The position numbers and the translations under genes are program-made. The notes below the pieces were generated by a model that worked only from the letters and a program-made list of their open reading frames with translations, searched no databases and was not told where the DNA came from. From Halomicronema hongdechloris C2206 (GTDB lineage Bacteria > Cyanobacteriota > Cyanobacteriia > Phormidesmidales > Phormidesmidaceae): a DNA stretch of 32,000 nt. The stretch covers positions 5,130,001 to 5,162,000 of the forward strand of contig NZ_CP021983.2 in assembly GCF_002075285.3 (NCBI RefSeq). The letters run 5' to 3'. Positions 1 to 6,888 of the stretch are shown here, one piece after another; position 1 is the stretch's first letter; the number at the start of each line of letters is the position of its first letter.

Positions 1-653
1 TTGCTCTCGGTGGCCGCCACCGCCTGGATCAGCCGCGGCACTACCCAGCGCCCCAAAGCTAGAGCCCCGATCAAAAACAGCGTGATCTTGAGCAGCGCCA
101 GCCCTAGGGTTACCCCCAGGGGATTCTCCGGATCGAGGGCGGGCAAAACCGCCAACATCAAGCCCAGGGCCAGATCCTGAGCAATTAAAATGGCCAACAT
201 CACCTGACCATGAACAGTGTTGGTCTCCCCTCGTTCACTCAGGGTTTTCAAGACCACGGCGGTTGACGACAGGGACAGCACTAGCCCCAAGAAAATGCCC
301 TGGGTCAACGTGGCAGCCCAGCCTACCGCCACGGTAATGCTGCTGACCAGGGCAATGGTCAGGCCAATTTGCCAGAGGCTGCCCTGGACCACAATTTTGC
401 GCATTCGCTTTAACTCGGCCAGGGAAAATTCTACCCCCAGGGCAAACAGCAAAAAGGCGACCCCTAGTTCTGCTAGGGCCCGAATCTGCTCGGCGTCGCT
501 GAGTAAGCCAAAGCCGAAAGGACCAATCAGCAAGCCTGTGGCTAGATAACCCAGCAAGATAGGTTGCTTTAAGCGGTTGGCGATATACCCTCCCACGGCC
601 GAACAGCCCAGGGCCAGGGTTAGATCCAGAATGAAATTATTGTCGGCGGCCAT
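1..653 (-). CDS. cation:proton antiporter (CPA2 / Kef-type Na+/H+ exchanger family), N-terminal part; the 3' end runs off the window
   Basis: Absent from the ORF track because it is truncated. My translation of the minus strand from the ATG (complement of 651-653) reads MAADNNFILDLTLALGCSAVGGYIANRLKQPILLGYLATGLLIGPFGFGLLSDAEQIRALAELGVAFLLFALGVEFSLAELKRM..., a typical N-terminus for this family. The plus-strand ORF 217-549 is its antisense shadow. Confidence 0.7.
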   Translation of the reverse strand, partial: MAADNNFILDLTLALGCSAVGGYIANRLKQPILLGYLATGLLIGPFGFGLLSDAEQIRALAELGVAFLLFALGVEFSLAELKRMRKIVVQGSLWQIGLTIALVSSITVAVGWAATLTQGIFLGLVLSLSSTAVVLKTLSERGETNTVHGQVMLAILIAQDLALGLMLAVLPALDPENPLGVTLGLALLKITLFLIGALALGRWVVPRLIQAVAATES

Positions 654-774
654 GGCTGGAGTCAGCGACGGGGTAAAAACTTGGCAAGAGAGGAACTAGT
701 CGGCTGGCTGGCGCCGAGGCGGTGGGAAGGTCTGCCCGCGACCAGGTTGTGGCAGGTAAGGAGGCGGAGGGTAA

Positions 775-2124
775 CTATTTCAACTCTCCAAAGGTCTCAA
801 TTGTATCCAAAGATGTCAGGGTTGATGGCACCAGACGAGCCAATGTCGTGGCTCGACCCGCCATAAATAGGGTAAAGGCCAGCCAGAGCAGATGGGGACT
901 GTCTAAGTGCTGAGCCAGGAGGGCTGAGGGTAAAAATCCTACGGCTGCCGCCAGGAGGCTGGAGTTCCTCAGGGCTTTGCCAGCGGTGAGCCCGAGGAAA
1001 TAGCCATCCAGGAGATATGCGATCGCACCCAGGCCTAAACTCGGCAACAACCACCAGACATAGTGTCCCACCCGAGCCACCACATCGCCGTGACCGGTAA
1101 GCAGACCAAACAAGGGGATCGGCCAAAGGGAAAATCCCAGGGCGATGCCGATGCCGATGGCGACACTCAGGGTCCCCCCTAACCCCAGCAACCATCTCAA
1201 GTGCTGGCGCTCACCGCTGCCATGGAATTGCCCCGCTAAGCTCTCGGTGGCAAAGGCAATGCCATCGACGAAATAGGCCGTCAGGCTAATCACCTGCAGT
1301 AGCAGAGTATTGGCGGTCAGCACTGGCGTTCCCAGCCTGGCACTGAATTGGGTAAACAGGGCAAAACTGGCCACCAGGGCCAGGGTACGAATCAAAATAT
1401 CCCGGTTCAACTGCAGTAAGCCCCGCAAGGCAGTATAGTCTCGCAACTGCGGCAGCAGCCGACTCAGGCGGCCCCAACCCCCGTCCCTCAATACCCAGTT
1501 CAGTCCCACCAGCAATACTGCATATTGACTCAGGGCCGTAGCCGCCCCCGCCCCGGCACTAGCCCAACCCCACTGGCGAATGAACAAGTAATCTAAGCCG
1601 ATGTTGGCTCCATTGCCTAAGGCCGAAAGAAGTATCAGCCGCCGTCCCTGGCCCTGCCCCAGAAACCAGCCCAGCAGCACCAGATTGAGTAGTACCGCCG
1701 GCGCTCCCCAAATGCGGGTGTTATAAAAGGCCGCTCCCGCTACCTGCACCGCTGCTTCAGCTGGGAGTAGGGCAAAGCCGACGGTGCGAATCGGCCCCTG
1801 CAGTAGCAGGATTAGTAAGCCCAAGCCTAAGGCCAGGCTGCCATTGCGCAAGGCCACCCGCCAAACCTCGTCGTCCTCACCACGCCCTCGGGCCTGGGCC
1901 GTTAGCCCCGTGGTGCCCATGCGTAGAAAGCCCAGGCTGTGATACAGCACATTGAAAATTACCGTGGCCAACGCCACCCCGGCCAGATGCCGAATGTCGT
2001 TCAGATGTCCTAAAAACGCGGTGTCAATCAACCCCGCCAGCGGCACCATCAGGTTCGAGAGAATATTGGCGGCCGCCAGGCGCAAGAAGTGGGCGGTGAA
2101 CTTGGGCAAGGGCAAGGCAATCAC
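775..2124 (-). CDS. MATE family efflux transporter
   Basis: 449-aa polytopic membrane ORF with a GTG start. The N-terminal signature NLMVPLAGLIDTAFLGHL and the 12-TM-like hydrophobic periodicity are typical of MATE/DinF-like proteins. Confidence 0.8.
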   Translation of the reverse strand: MIALPLPKFTAHFLRLAAANILSNLMVPLAGLIDTAFLGHLNDIRHLAGVALATVIFNVLYHSLGFLRMGTTGLTAQARGRGEDDEVWRVALRNGSLALGLGLLILLLQGPIRTVGFALLPAEAAVQVAGAAFYNTRIWGAPAVLLNLVLLGWFLGQGQGRRLILLSALGNGANIGLDYLFIRQWGWASAGAGAATALSQYAVLLVGLNWVLRDGGWGRLSRLLPQLRDYTALRGLLQLNRDILIRTLALVASFALFTQFSARLGTPVLTANTLLLQVISLTAYFVDGIAFATESLAGQFHGSGERQHLRWLLGLGGTLSVAIGIGIALGFSLWPIPLFGLLTGHGDVVARVGHYVWWLLPSLGLGAIAYLLDGYFLGLTAGKALRNSSLLAAAVGFLPSALLAQHLDSPHLLWLAFTLFMAGRATTLARLVPSTLTSLDTIETFGELK

Positions 2125-2250
2125 AATAGGGCTTATATTTAGCCTAAAAACGCCGAAAAACTAGGATGTATTTGACCGATCGGGTGATCCGTAAATCCCT
2201 AGCCCTGGTGGAGGAAACCCTATGAGCCTCCTGCATCCTTGGAAACGATG

Positions 2251-3051
2251 TTAAAAAAAGCCGTCCTGCTCAATCTCCTCAATGGTTTGCAAGCCGCGGG
2301 TGTCCCCCAGCTTTAATAGAGCCGCGCGGGCGTCTTCCCGCACTCCCAAATCGTCTTCCTCGGCGAAGGTCTCGATCAGGGCATCGATGGCGGTGGCATA
2401 GACCACATTGGCGGGTAATTCGCGACAGAGTTGGCCAACGGCCCAGGCACAGTTACTGCGCACCGCTGCGATCGCATCCCGTCGCAGGGCTTCAATCAGC
2501 GGTGGCATTGCCGCTACCGAGGCGTCATAGCTGACATATATCATCTGAGCCAGAGCACTGGCGGCCCAGAGCCGCACTGCCGAAATATCGGTGCGCAGGG
2601 CTTCAATCAAGGGCACCAGGGTACGACCATCACGGCAATTGCCCAGGGCCCAGACAATCCCCTTGCGCACATAACCATTCCAATCCTGGTGCAGCTGCTG
2701 AATCAACGGCTCCACGGCGGTTGAGTCGGGGTTGCGACCCAGACCATAGGAAGCGCTGACTCGAATCAGAGGGCATAGATCTTGCAGCAATCCAATCAAG
2801 GCCGGAACAGCTCGGGAATCTTGTAGGTCACAGAAGGCTCGGGCTGCCAGCATCCGTTGCTGGGTATCTGACGAGGCCAACAACGGCAACATCACCTCAG
2901 GATTAAGCTGGGGACCGCTAGCCGGGCCATCTAACGGTTCCAGTTGATCTAAGGGATCGACGAAGTCCAGATCCGCCTCGTCATCGTCGAGGGCATCTGT
3001 CTCTGAGTCCTGCTCGAGATCAAGCGTCGTTAGGTCGTCGTCGTCGTACAT
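2251..3051 (-). CDS. HEAT-repeat (PBS-lyase-like) domain protein with an acidic N-terminus
   Basis: 266-aa ORF. It has repeated D..AVP.LI.LL.D....VR..A..ALG units (for example DSRAVPALIGLLQDLCPLIRVSASYGLG, DGRTLVPLIEALRTDISAVRLWAASALA, AAMPPLIEALRRDAIAAVRSNCAWAVG) and a poly-D/E N-terminal tail. Confidence 0.7.
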   Translation of the reverse strand: MYDDDDLTTLDLEQDSETDALDDDEADLDFVDPLDQLEPLDGPASGPQLNPEVMLPLLASSDTQQRMLAARAFCDLQDSRAVPALIGLLQDLCPLIRVSASYGLGRNPDSTAVEPLIQQLHQDWNGYVRKGIVWALGNCRDGRTLVPLIEALRTDISAVRLWAASALAQMIYVSYDASVAAMPPLIEALRRDAIAAVRSNCAWAVGQLCRELPANVVYATAIDALIETFAEEDDLGVREDARAALLKLGDTRGLQTIEEIEQDGFF

Positions 3052-3153
3052 AAATCCACTTTAGTGCACCAGAGGCCACTGGCCCCCTAACCAGCTACTC
3101 TCCCAGAGTACTGGGTCAAATGCACCGCCAACCAGGGAAGAGCAGCTAGTATA

Positions 3154-3200
3154 CCAAGGCAGAAGTAGGAAGGCAGAAAGGCAGAAAGGGAAATCCTGAT
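3154..3200. repeat. dispersed repeat, copy 1 (inverted partner at 30244-30282)
   Basis: CCAAGGCAGAAGTAGGAAGGCAGA (3154-3177) is the exact reverse complement of 30259-30282. The match continues as AAGGGAAATCCTGAT (3186-3200) against CAGGGAGATCCTGAT after an internal 8-nt duplication (AAGGCAGA). Confidence 0.85.
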
Positions 3201-3267
3201 AAATGCAGCCTTTCCACACTAGTCAACAGAGGCATAATTTCTGCCACAGAGTGCTAGTTAGCCCTGG

Positions 3268-4569
3268 TTATAGCGCGGCGAATACCTCGCGAGCTGCGGC
3301 CAGGGTAGCCTGGATATCATCGTCGGTGTGGGCCAGAGACGTGAATCCTGCCTCAAATTGTGAGGGGGCTAAATAAATACCCCGCTCCAACATGCCCCGA
3401 TGAAAGCGGCTGAATTTTTCCAGATCAGACTGCTTGGCATCTTCGTAACGATGGACCGGTCCCGCCTGGAAGAACATGCCAAACATGGCGCTGATATGGC
3501 CGCCAAAGGTAGCATGGCCACTCTCTTTAGCGGCCTGCAGCATCCCCTCGATCAGGGTTTTAGTGGTGCGCTGCAGCTGCTCATAGGTACCCGGTCGCTT
3601 CAGCAGCTCCAGGGTCTTAATCCCGGCGGTCATGGCTAGGGGATTGCCGGAAAGGGTGCCCGCCTGGTACATGGGGCCAGCAGGGGCCACCATTTCCATG
3701 ATGTCTCGCCGACCGCCATAGGCGCCCACCGGTAGGCCACCGCCAATGATTTTGCCCAGGGTAGTGAGATCAGGGATCACGTTGAACTTCGCTTGAGCCC
3801 CACCGTAGGCAATGCGGAAGCCCGTCATCACTTCGTCGAAGACCAGGAGAGCACCGTGTTCCCGAGTGATCTCCCGCAGCCCTTCCAGGAAGCCAGCATC
3901 AGGAATAATAAATCCGGAGTTGCCGACGACCGGTTCCAAAATCACCCCAGCGATGTCATCGGGATGCTCTGCGAAGAGGGCCTTGACTGCCTCTAGATCG
4001 TTGTAGGGAGCAGCCAGGGTGCTACTGGTGGTGGCTTTCGGCACCCCGGGAGAATCGGGCAAGCCCAGGGTGGCCACCCCAGAGCCTGCCTGCACCAAGA
4101 ACATGTCGCCATGGCCGTGGTAGCAGCCTGAGAACTTGATCACCTTGTCTCGCTTAGTGTAGGCCCGCATCAGCCGTAGTACCGACATACAGGCTTCGGT
4201 GCCAGAGTTGACGAAGCGCACCATCTCGATGCTGGGAACGGCCTCAATCACCATCTCTGCCAGCACATTTTCTTCCTTGCAGGGTGCCCCAAAGCTGGTG
4301 CCCTTCTGCAGAGCCTCTGATAGAGCCTGCAGCACTTCCGGATGGGCATGGCCGCAGATGGCAGGTCCCCAGGTGCCCACATAGTCGATGTAGCGATTGC
4401 CATCCACATCCCAGATATAGGCGCCGTTGACCCGGTCAAAGACAATGGGCTGGCCCCCGACAGACTTAAAGGCCCGTACCGGGGAACTAACGCCGCCTGG
4501 CATCAGAGTTTGGGCAGCGGCAAAAATCTCTTGTGATTTGGTTGTATTCAACGATGTGGTGCTAACCAA
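3268..4569 (-). CDS. hemL: glutamate-1-semialdehyde 2,1-aminomutase
   Basis: 433-aa ORF. The N-terminus ...[18 protein letters not shown], the motifs DEVMTGFR and [17 protein letters not shown] (PLP lysine region), and overall class-III aminotransferase features support the call. Confidence 0.95.
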   Translation of the reverse strand: MVSTTSLNTTKSQEIFAAAQTLMPGGVSSPVRAFKSVGGQPIVFDRVNGAYIWDVDGNRYIDYVGTWGPAICGHAHPEVLQALSEALQKGTSFGAPCKEENVLAEMVIEAVPSIEMVRFVNSGTEACMSVLRLMRAYTKRDKVIKFSGCYHGHGDMFLVQAGSGVATLGLPDSPGVPKATTSSTLAAPYNDLEAVKALFAEHPDDIAGVILEPVVGNSGFIIPDAGFLEGLREITREHGALLVFDEVMTGFRIAYGGAQAKFNVIPDLTTLGKIIGGGLPVGAYGGRRDIMEMVAPAGPMYQAGTLSGNPLAMTAGIKTLELLKRPGTYEQLQRTTKTLIEGMLQAAKESGHATFGGHISAMFGMFFQAGPVHRYEDAKQSDLEKFSRFHRGMLERGIYLAPSQFEAGFTSLAHTDDDIQATLAAAREVFAAL

Positions 4570-4710
4570 AATGAGTCTCCTCGAGTCCTGGCGTTAAGAC
4601 AGCAGTCATGGGGTTGCGTTAGCCGCCATCAGGCGAGCTCAGACCTGTTTAGACCGCATTCACTATCCTATCGGTTGGGTTGAAACTGCTTAAGGGATAT
4701 TAAGGAATGT

Positions 4711-4806
4711 AGCGGAGGGGATAGGGGGAAAACGGAGGACGGAGGGCGGAGAACGGAAAGGGGGAGATGGGGAGTGAATGGGTAGGCGAGTGGGTGAGTA
4801 GCGGGT
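4711..4806. repeat. G/A-rich low-complexity block with G-runs
   Basis: The block reads AGCGGAGGGGATAGGGGGAAAACGGAGGACGGAGGGCGGAGAACGGAAAGGGGGAGATGGGGAGTGAATGGGTAGGCGAGTGGGTGAGTAGCGGG. It shares the words AGATGGGGAG, GGCGAGTG and GAGTAG with the block at 10026-10103. Confidence 0.7.
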
Positions 4807-4810
4807 AACG

Positions 4811-5092
4811 TCATGCCGCACGGTGATATCTGCCGTAAAGTCTGTCATACTCGGCCTGTGAACCAATCCAAAACCAAATCACTGTATCTCCGTCTATTTG
4901 ACCTACTGCACGATAGCTCTTACTCACGCGGGCAGAGTAAATGGGGAGTTCCGGATGCACCTTCTTGCAACGTAGGCTTGGATAGCTTGGGTCTGCTTGA
5001 AACTGCCGATAGGCTGCACGAGCTTGCTGCTGAACCGGTTGAGGCAAATTAGCAAACAGTCTGCAGAACTCAGCAGTAGTGCATGACTTCAC
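4811..5092 (-). CDS. type II toxin, RelE/ParE superfamily
   Basis: 93-aa ORF. The pattern ...DPSYPSLRCKKVHPELPIYSARVSKSYRAVGQIDGDTVIWFWIGSQAEYDRL matches the H/YPSL-.KK...-SvRv...YRAvG...-WFWIGsH.eYd pattern of this toxin family. There is a 4-nt ATGA overlap with the upstream antitoxin ORF. Confidence 0.75.
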   Translation of the reverse strand: MKSCTTAEFCRLFANLPQPVQQQARAAYRQFQADPSYPSLRCKKVHPELPIYSARVSKSYRAVGQIDGDTVIWFWIGSQAEYDRLYGRYHRAA

Positions 5093-5307
5093 AACGTGTC
5101 TGGATCAAGTTCTTGGGTTTCTCCAGAATGGTATTCAGCCATTGCCGAAGCTGCGAGTTTCGCAAGGAGATCTGGAGAACTGGAGAATGCTTCATCCCAC
5201 TGCCGTTCATCCTCCATTTCTTCCAAAATGATCGACGCGATCGCATGCTGCTCACTTTCAGGCAGGTTTCGCAACCTAGCGATCGCACGCTCAAGCAACT
5301 CAGTCAT
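5089..5307 (-). CDS. antitoxin partner of the RelE/ParE-type toxin
   Basis: I place the start at the internal ATG (complement of 5305-5307), giving the 72-aa product MTELLERAIARLRNLPESEQHAIASIILEEMEDERQWDEAFSSSPDLLAKLAASAMAEYHSGETQELDPDTL. This acidic small protein overlaps the toxin start, which is the canonical antitoxin-first operon layout. Confidence 0.7.
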   Translation of the reverse strand: MTELLERAIARLRNLPESEQHAIASIILEEMEDERQWDEAFSSSPDLLAKLAASAMAEYHSGETQELDPDTL

Positions 5308-5399
5308 CGCTACCTCGCTCAAAGTATCAGAGCACACTCTGCTTATTATCGCTGCTTTCAGGCAGATTAAACATTGTCTGAACACGAGTCTGAAATGCT

Positions 5400-5489
5400 G
5401 CTAAACTCCCTTTATCCTGCCAGCGCTGCTAGAAAGTCGGCATCGGTTCTAAAAACATCACGTCCCCACCCTGATAATTCTTTATAGCC
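5400..5489. repeat. attC-like imperfect-palindrome repeat, degenerate copy (S4)
   Basis: GCTAAACTCCC...CAGCGCTGCTAGAAA...AAAAACATCACGTCCCCACCC...TTCTTTATAGCC aligns by eye with S1 (GGCTAACGTTCC...CAGCTGCTAGTAA...AAAATCTCTCATCAGTCCGCTCCAACC...GTTGTTAGACC). It has the same orientation and lies just 3' of the start-less ORF remnant. Confidence 0.45.
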
Positions 5490-5671
5490 TATGCAGAATC
5501 CGGGGGATCATTGCAATCAATAACTCCAAGGACTTCAACAATTCGATAGATATTGAAATCACCTTGCCACTTTTCCCGCTCTGACTTGTAATCTGGTACC
5601 TCTACAAAGAATTGAGCTGCATAACGTTCCTGGTCAGCTGTTGCCGAAAAACTAATGATCCAGAAGCCGCT
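5489..5671 (-). pseudogene. start-less 60-codon open frame, possible gene remnant or cassette relic
   Basis: My translation is SGFWIISFSATADQERYAAQFFVEVPDYKSEREKWQGDFNIYRIVEVLGVIDCNDPPDSA*. It is bounded upstream by an in-frame TGA and has no ATG/GTG/TTG start. Its first third overlaps repeat S2. Confidence 0.25.
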
Positions 5672-5703
5672 TCAATCAATCCGCTGCACCAAGATTGTTA
5701 GCC
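5619..5703. repeat. attC-like imperfect-palindrome repeat (S2)
   Basis: The sequence is GCATAACGTTCCTGGTCAGCTG...ATCAATCCGCTGCACCAAGATTGTTAGCC. The arms pair with bulges (TAAC:GTTA, TGG:CCA, CAGC:GCTG). It is homologous to S1 at both ends and starts 13 nt 3' of the brnA stop. Confidence 0.6.
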
Positions 5704-5716
5704 CTTAGCGCACATT

Positions 5717-5974
5717 TTACTTCTCAATACGTTTAAGCTCTTCACGAACAACTTTTCGTAGGGTTTCTTCTAAAGATTCGCGACTGGCCTGAATATGCTG
5801 ACGCAAGGCTTCATTAATTAAAGTTTGGTAGTTGCCACCACCGGCAATATGAACTTGCTCACGAAACCACGCCAAGACTTCATCATCTAGCCGGATAGTG
5901 ATGCGGGTTTTACCTGATGGTGTTGGATCAATTGCGCCTCGCTTTCCTTGACTGAAATCATATTCCGCTGCCAT
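5717..5974 (-). CDS. brnA: BrnA family antitoxin
   Basis: 85-aa ORF. The sequence YDFSQGKRGAIDPTPSGKTRITIRLDDEVLAWFREQVHIAGGGNYQTLINEALRQHI matches the BrnA_antitoxin pattern (K.RITIRLD.dVL.wFk......g.gYQTLIN.aLR). It lies directly downstream of brnT. Confidence 0.85.
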   Translation of the reverse strand: MAAEYDFSQGKRGAIDPTPSGKTRITIRLDDEVLAWFREQVHIAGGGNYQTLINEALRQHIQASRESLEETLRKVVREELKRIEK

Positions 5975-5976
5975 GA

Positions 5977-6243
5977 CTAACCCTCCTGATATTGTCGGCG
6001 TTCTTGTCGAGTTGCTTTGCGAGCAGAGATGACTCGAATCTCGTCTCCGCGTAACGTGTAGACAACCACCAAAACTCTGCCAAATGCATCGAGACCAATA
6101 GTGACAAACCGCTCTTCGTCAAATCGCTCATCTGGAATGGTAATCGCCAGGTCATCTGAGAAAACTGGTACTGCATCAGCGAAGTCAACACTATGCTTAC
6201 GCAGGTTAGCGGCTGCTTTATCCCTGTTCCATTGATAGACCAT
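5977..6243 (-). CDS. brnT: BrnT family toxin (DUF497 ribonuclease)
   Basis: I place the start at the internal ATG (complement of 6241-6243), giving MVYQWNRDKAAANLRKHSVDFADAVPVFSDDLAITIPDERFDEERFVTIGLDAFGRVLVVVYTLRGDEIRVISARKATRQERRQYQEG. This is the typical BrnT pattern (.F.WD..K...N..KHgV.F.eA..vF.D......D......ER....G......l.VVyT.R.d.IRiISARkAt..Er..Y). Confidence 0.85.
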   Translation of the reverse strand: MVYQWNRDKAAANLRKHSVDFADAVPVFSDDLAITIPDERFDEERFVTIGLDAFGRVLVVVYTLRGDEIRVISARKATRQERRQYQEG

Positions 6244-6247
6244 CTCA

Positions 6248-6271
6248 ATTATAGTATGCACGTCTGTACAT
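6248..6271 (-). promoter_or_regulatory. candidate brnTA promoter -10 element (TATAAT) with an adjacent inverted repeat (possible operator)
   Basis: On the minus strand, TATAAT (complement of 6248-6253) lies 4 nt upstream of the brnT ATG. Immediately upstream is the inverted repeat ATGCAC-GTCT-GTACAT (6256-6271). Confidence 0.4.
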
Positions 6272-6406
6272 ATTGCCAGGCGCAAACTCTAATTCTGGTT
6301 ACTCTCCAGGTGACGACAAATTGCTGCCCTACAGGCAACCTTGCGACCGACTTGGTTTAAGCACTGACAGGTAAGATTTATGCACCGCCCCGACCGAAGA
6401 TTTGAG

Positions 6407-6493
6407 GGCTAACGTTCCGGCTGAGCAGCTGCTAGTAACCTCTGCAACATGACCAAAATCTCTCATCAGTCCGCTCCAACCGGGTTGTTAGAC
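6407..6493. repeat. attC-like imperfect-palindrome repeat (S1)
   Basis: The sequence is GGCTAACGTTCCGGCTGAGCAGCTG...ATCAGTCCGCTCCAACCGGGTTGTTAGAC. The arms pair as GGCTAAC:GTTAG(A)CC, CCGG:CCGG and GAGC:GCTC, with unpaired bases between the boxes. The terminal heptamers fit RYYYAAC / GTTRRRY; read on the minus strand, GTCTAAC fits exactly. Confidence 0.6.
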
Positions 6494-6625
6494 CATGCCC
6501 GACTGATCGCTTCCAACTAGCAATCCTGTCTTTATGCCTACTCAATCTGCTTGGGACGGACTTCAAATTCAGAACGCGCACGGAAAAAGCAAACATCAAA
6601 CTCAAAGAATAAATTAGCTTGCCTC

Positions 6626-6650
6626 AAAATTAAAGGCACATTGGGTGCTT
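6626..6650 (-). terminator. candidate intrinsic terminator on the minus strand
   Basis: A stem AAGCAC/GTGCCT (with one G-U pair) and 5-nt loop is followed on the minus strand by TTTAATTTT. It begins at the stop codon of ORF 6649-6888. Confidence 0.4.
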
Positions 6651-6888
6651 ACGTCCAAGCAAATGCGAGATCAACAGTGGAAAAAGAACTGACTTGTACA
6701 GCAACAACCACTGCACGAGCTTCAAATCGAGGTATCAAGCTTCCCAAGGCGGATTGGGAGGCGGCCCCTCTGAGCATCCAAGCCTTAGTGCTGGTGTTGA
6801 ATGAGTAGGGGTCCCGGAAAAGCGAAATTTCCTCGGGCGAGCCTTTGACTGGTGCAATTAGTGCGATCTTATCGTGATCCACCGCCAC
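6649..6888 (-). CDS. hypothetical orphan ORF (79 aa, GTG start); doubtful
   Basis: I recognise no family. The only support is the terminator-like hairpin at its stop and its orientation, which matches the neighbouring cassettes. A competing plus-strand ORF (6551-6808) overlaps it. Confidence 0.25.
   Translation of the reverse strand: MAVDHDKIALIAPVKGSPEEISLFRDPYSFNTSTKAWMLRGAASQSALGSLIPRFEARAVVVAVQVSSFSTVDLAFAWT

Noticed and set aside
217-549. Plus-strand ORF of 110 aa (and small ORFs at 681-913)
   Set aside because: It lies antisense to a clearly recognisable CPA2 antiporter N-terminus on the minus strand. Its composition (R/A/P/S-rich) is typical of shadow ORFs in GC-rich coding DNA.
1019-1026. 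The HIP1 octamer GCGATCGC occurs at least 15 times: 1019, 2468, 5237, 5279, 7435, 9244, 9877, 20307, 22284, 23551, 24477, 26866, 29499, 31106 and 31704
   Set aside because: This is a real but well-known genome-wide feature of many cyanobacteria. I used it as taxonomic evidence, not as a local finding.
4560-4624. A possible fourth attC-like site overlapping the hemL start codon
   Set aside because: Only the right half (CAGTC..GGGTTGCGTTAGCC) resembles S1/S2. The left half is hemL coding and RBS sequence with weak arm complementarity. I keep it as a note inside the main finding rather than as a feature.
6460-6472. CUGAUGAG on the minus strand (complement of CTCTCATCAGTCC), reminiscent of the hammerhead ribozyme core
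   Set aside because: No matching GAAA core, stem II/III arrangement or cleavage-site context could be built around it. The sequence is better explained as part of the right arm of repeat S1.
6551-6808. Plus-strand 85-aa ORF whose end (LPKADWEAAPLSIQALVLVLNE) faintly recalls the N-termini of some cyanobacterial transposases
   Set aside because: The resemblance covers only a few residues and comes from memory. The ORF stops immediately, no downstream transposase domain exists in any frame, and no terminal inverted repeats were seen.
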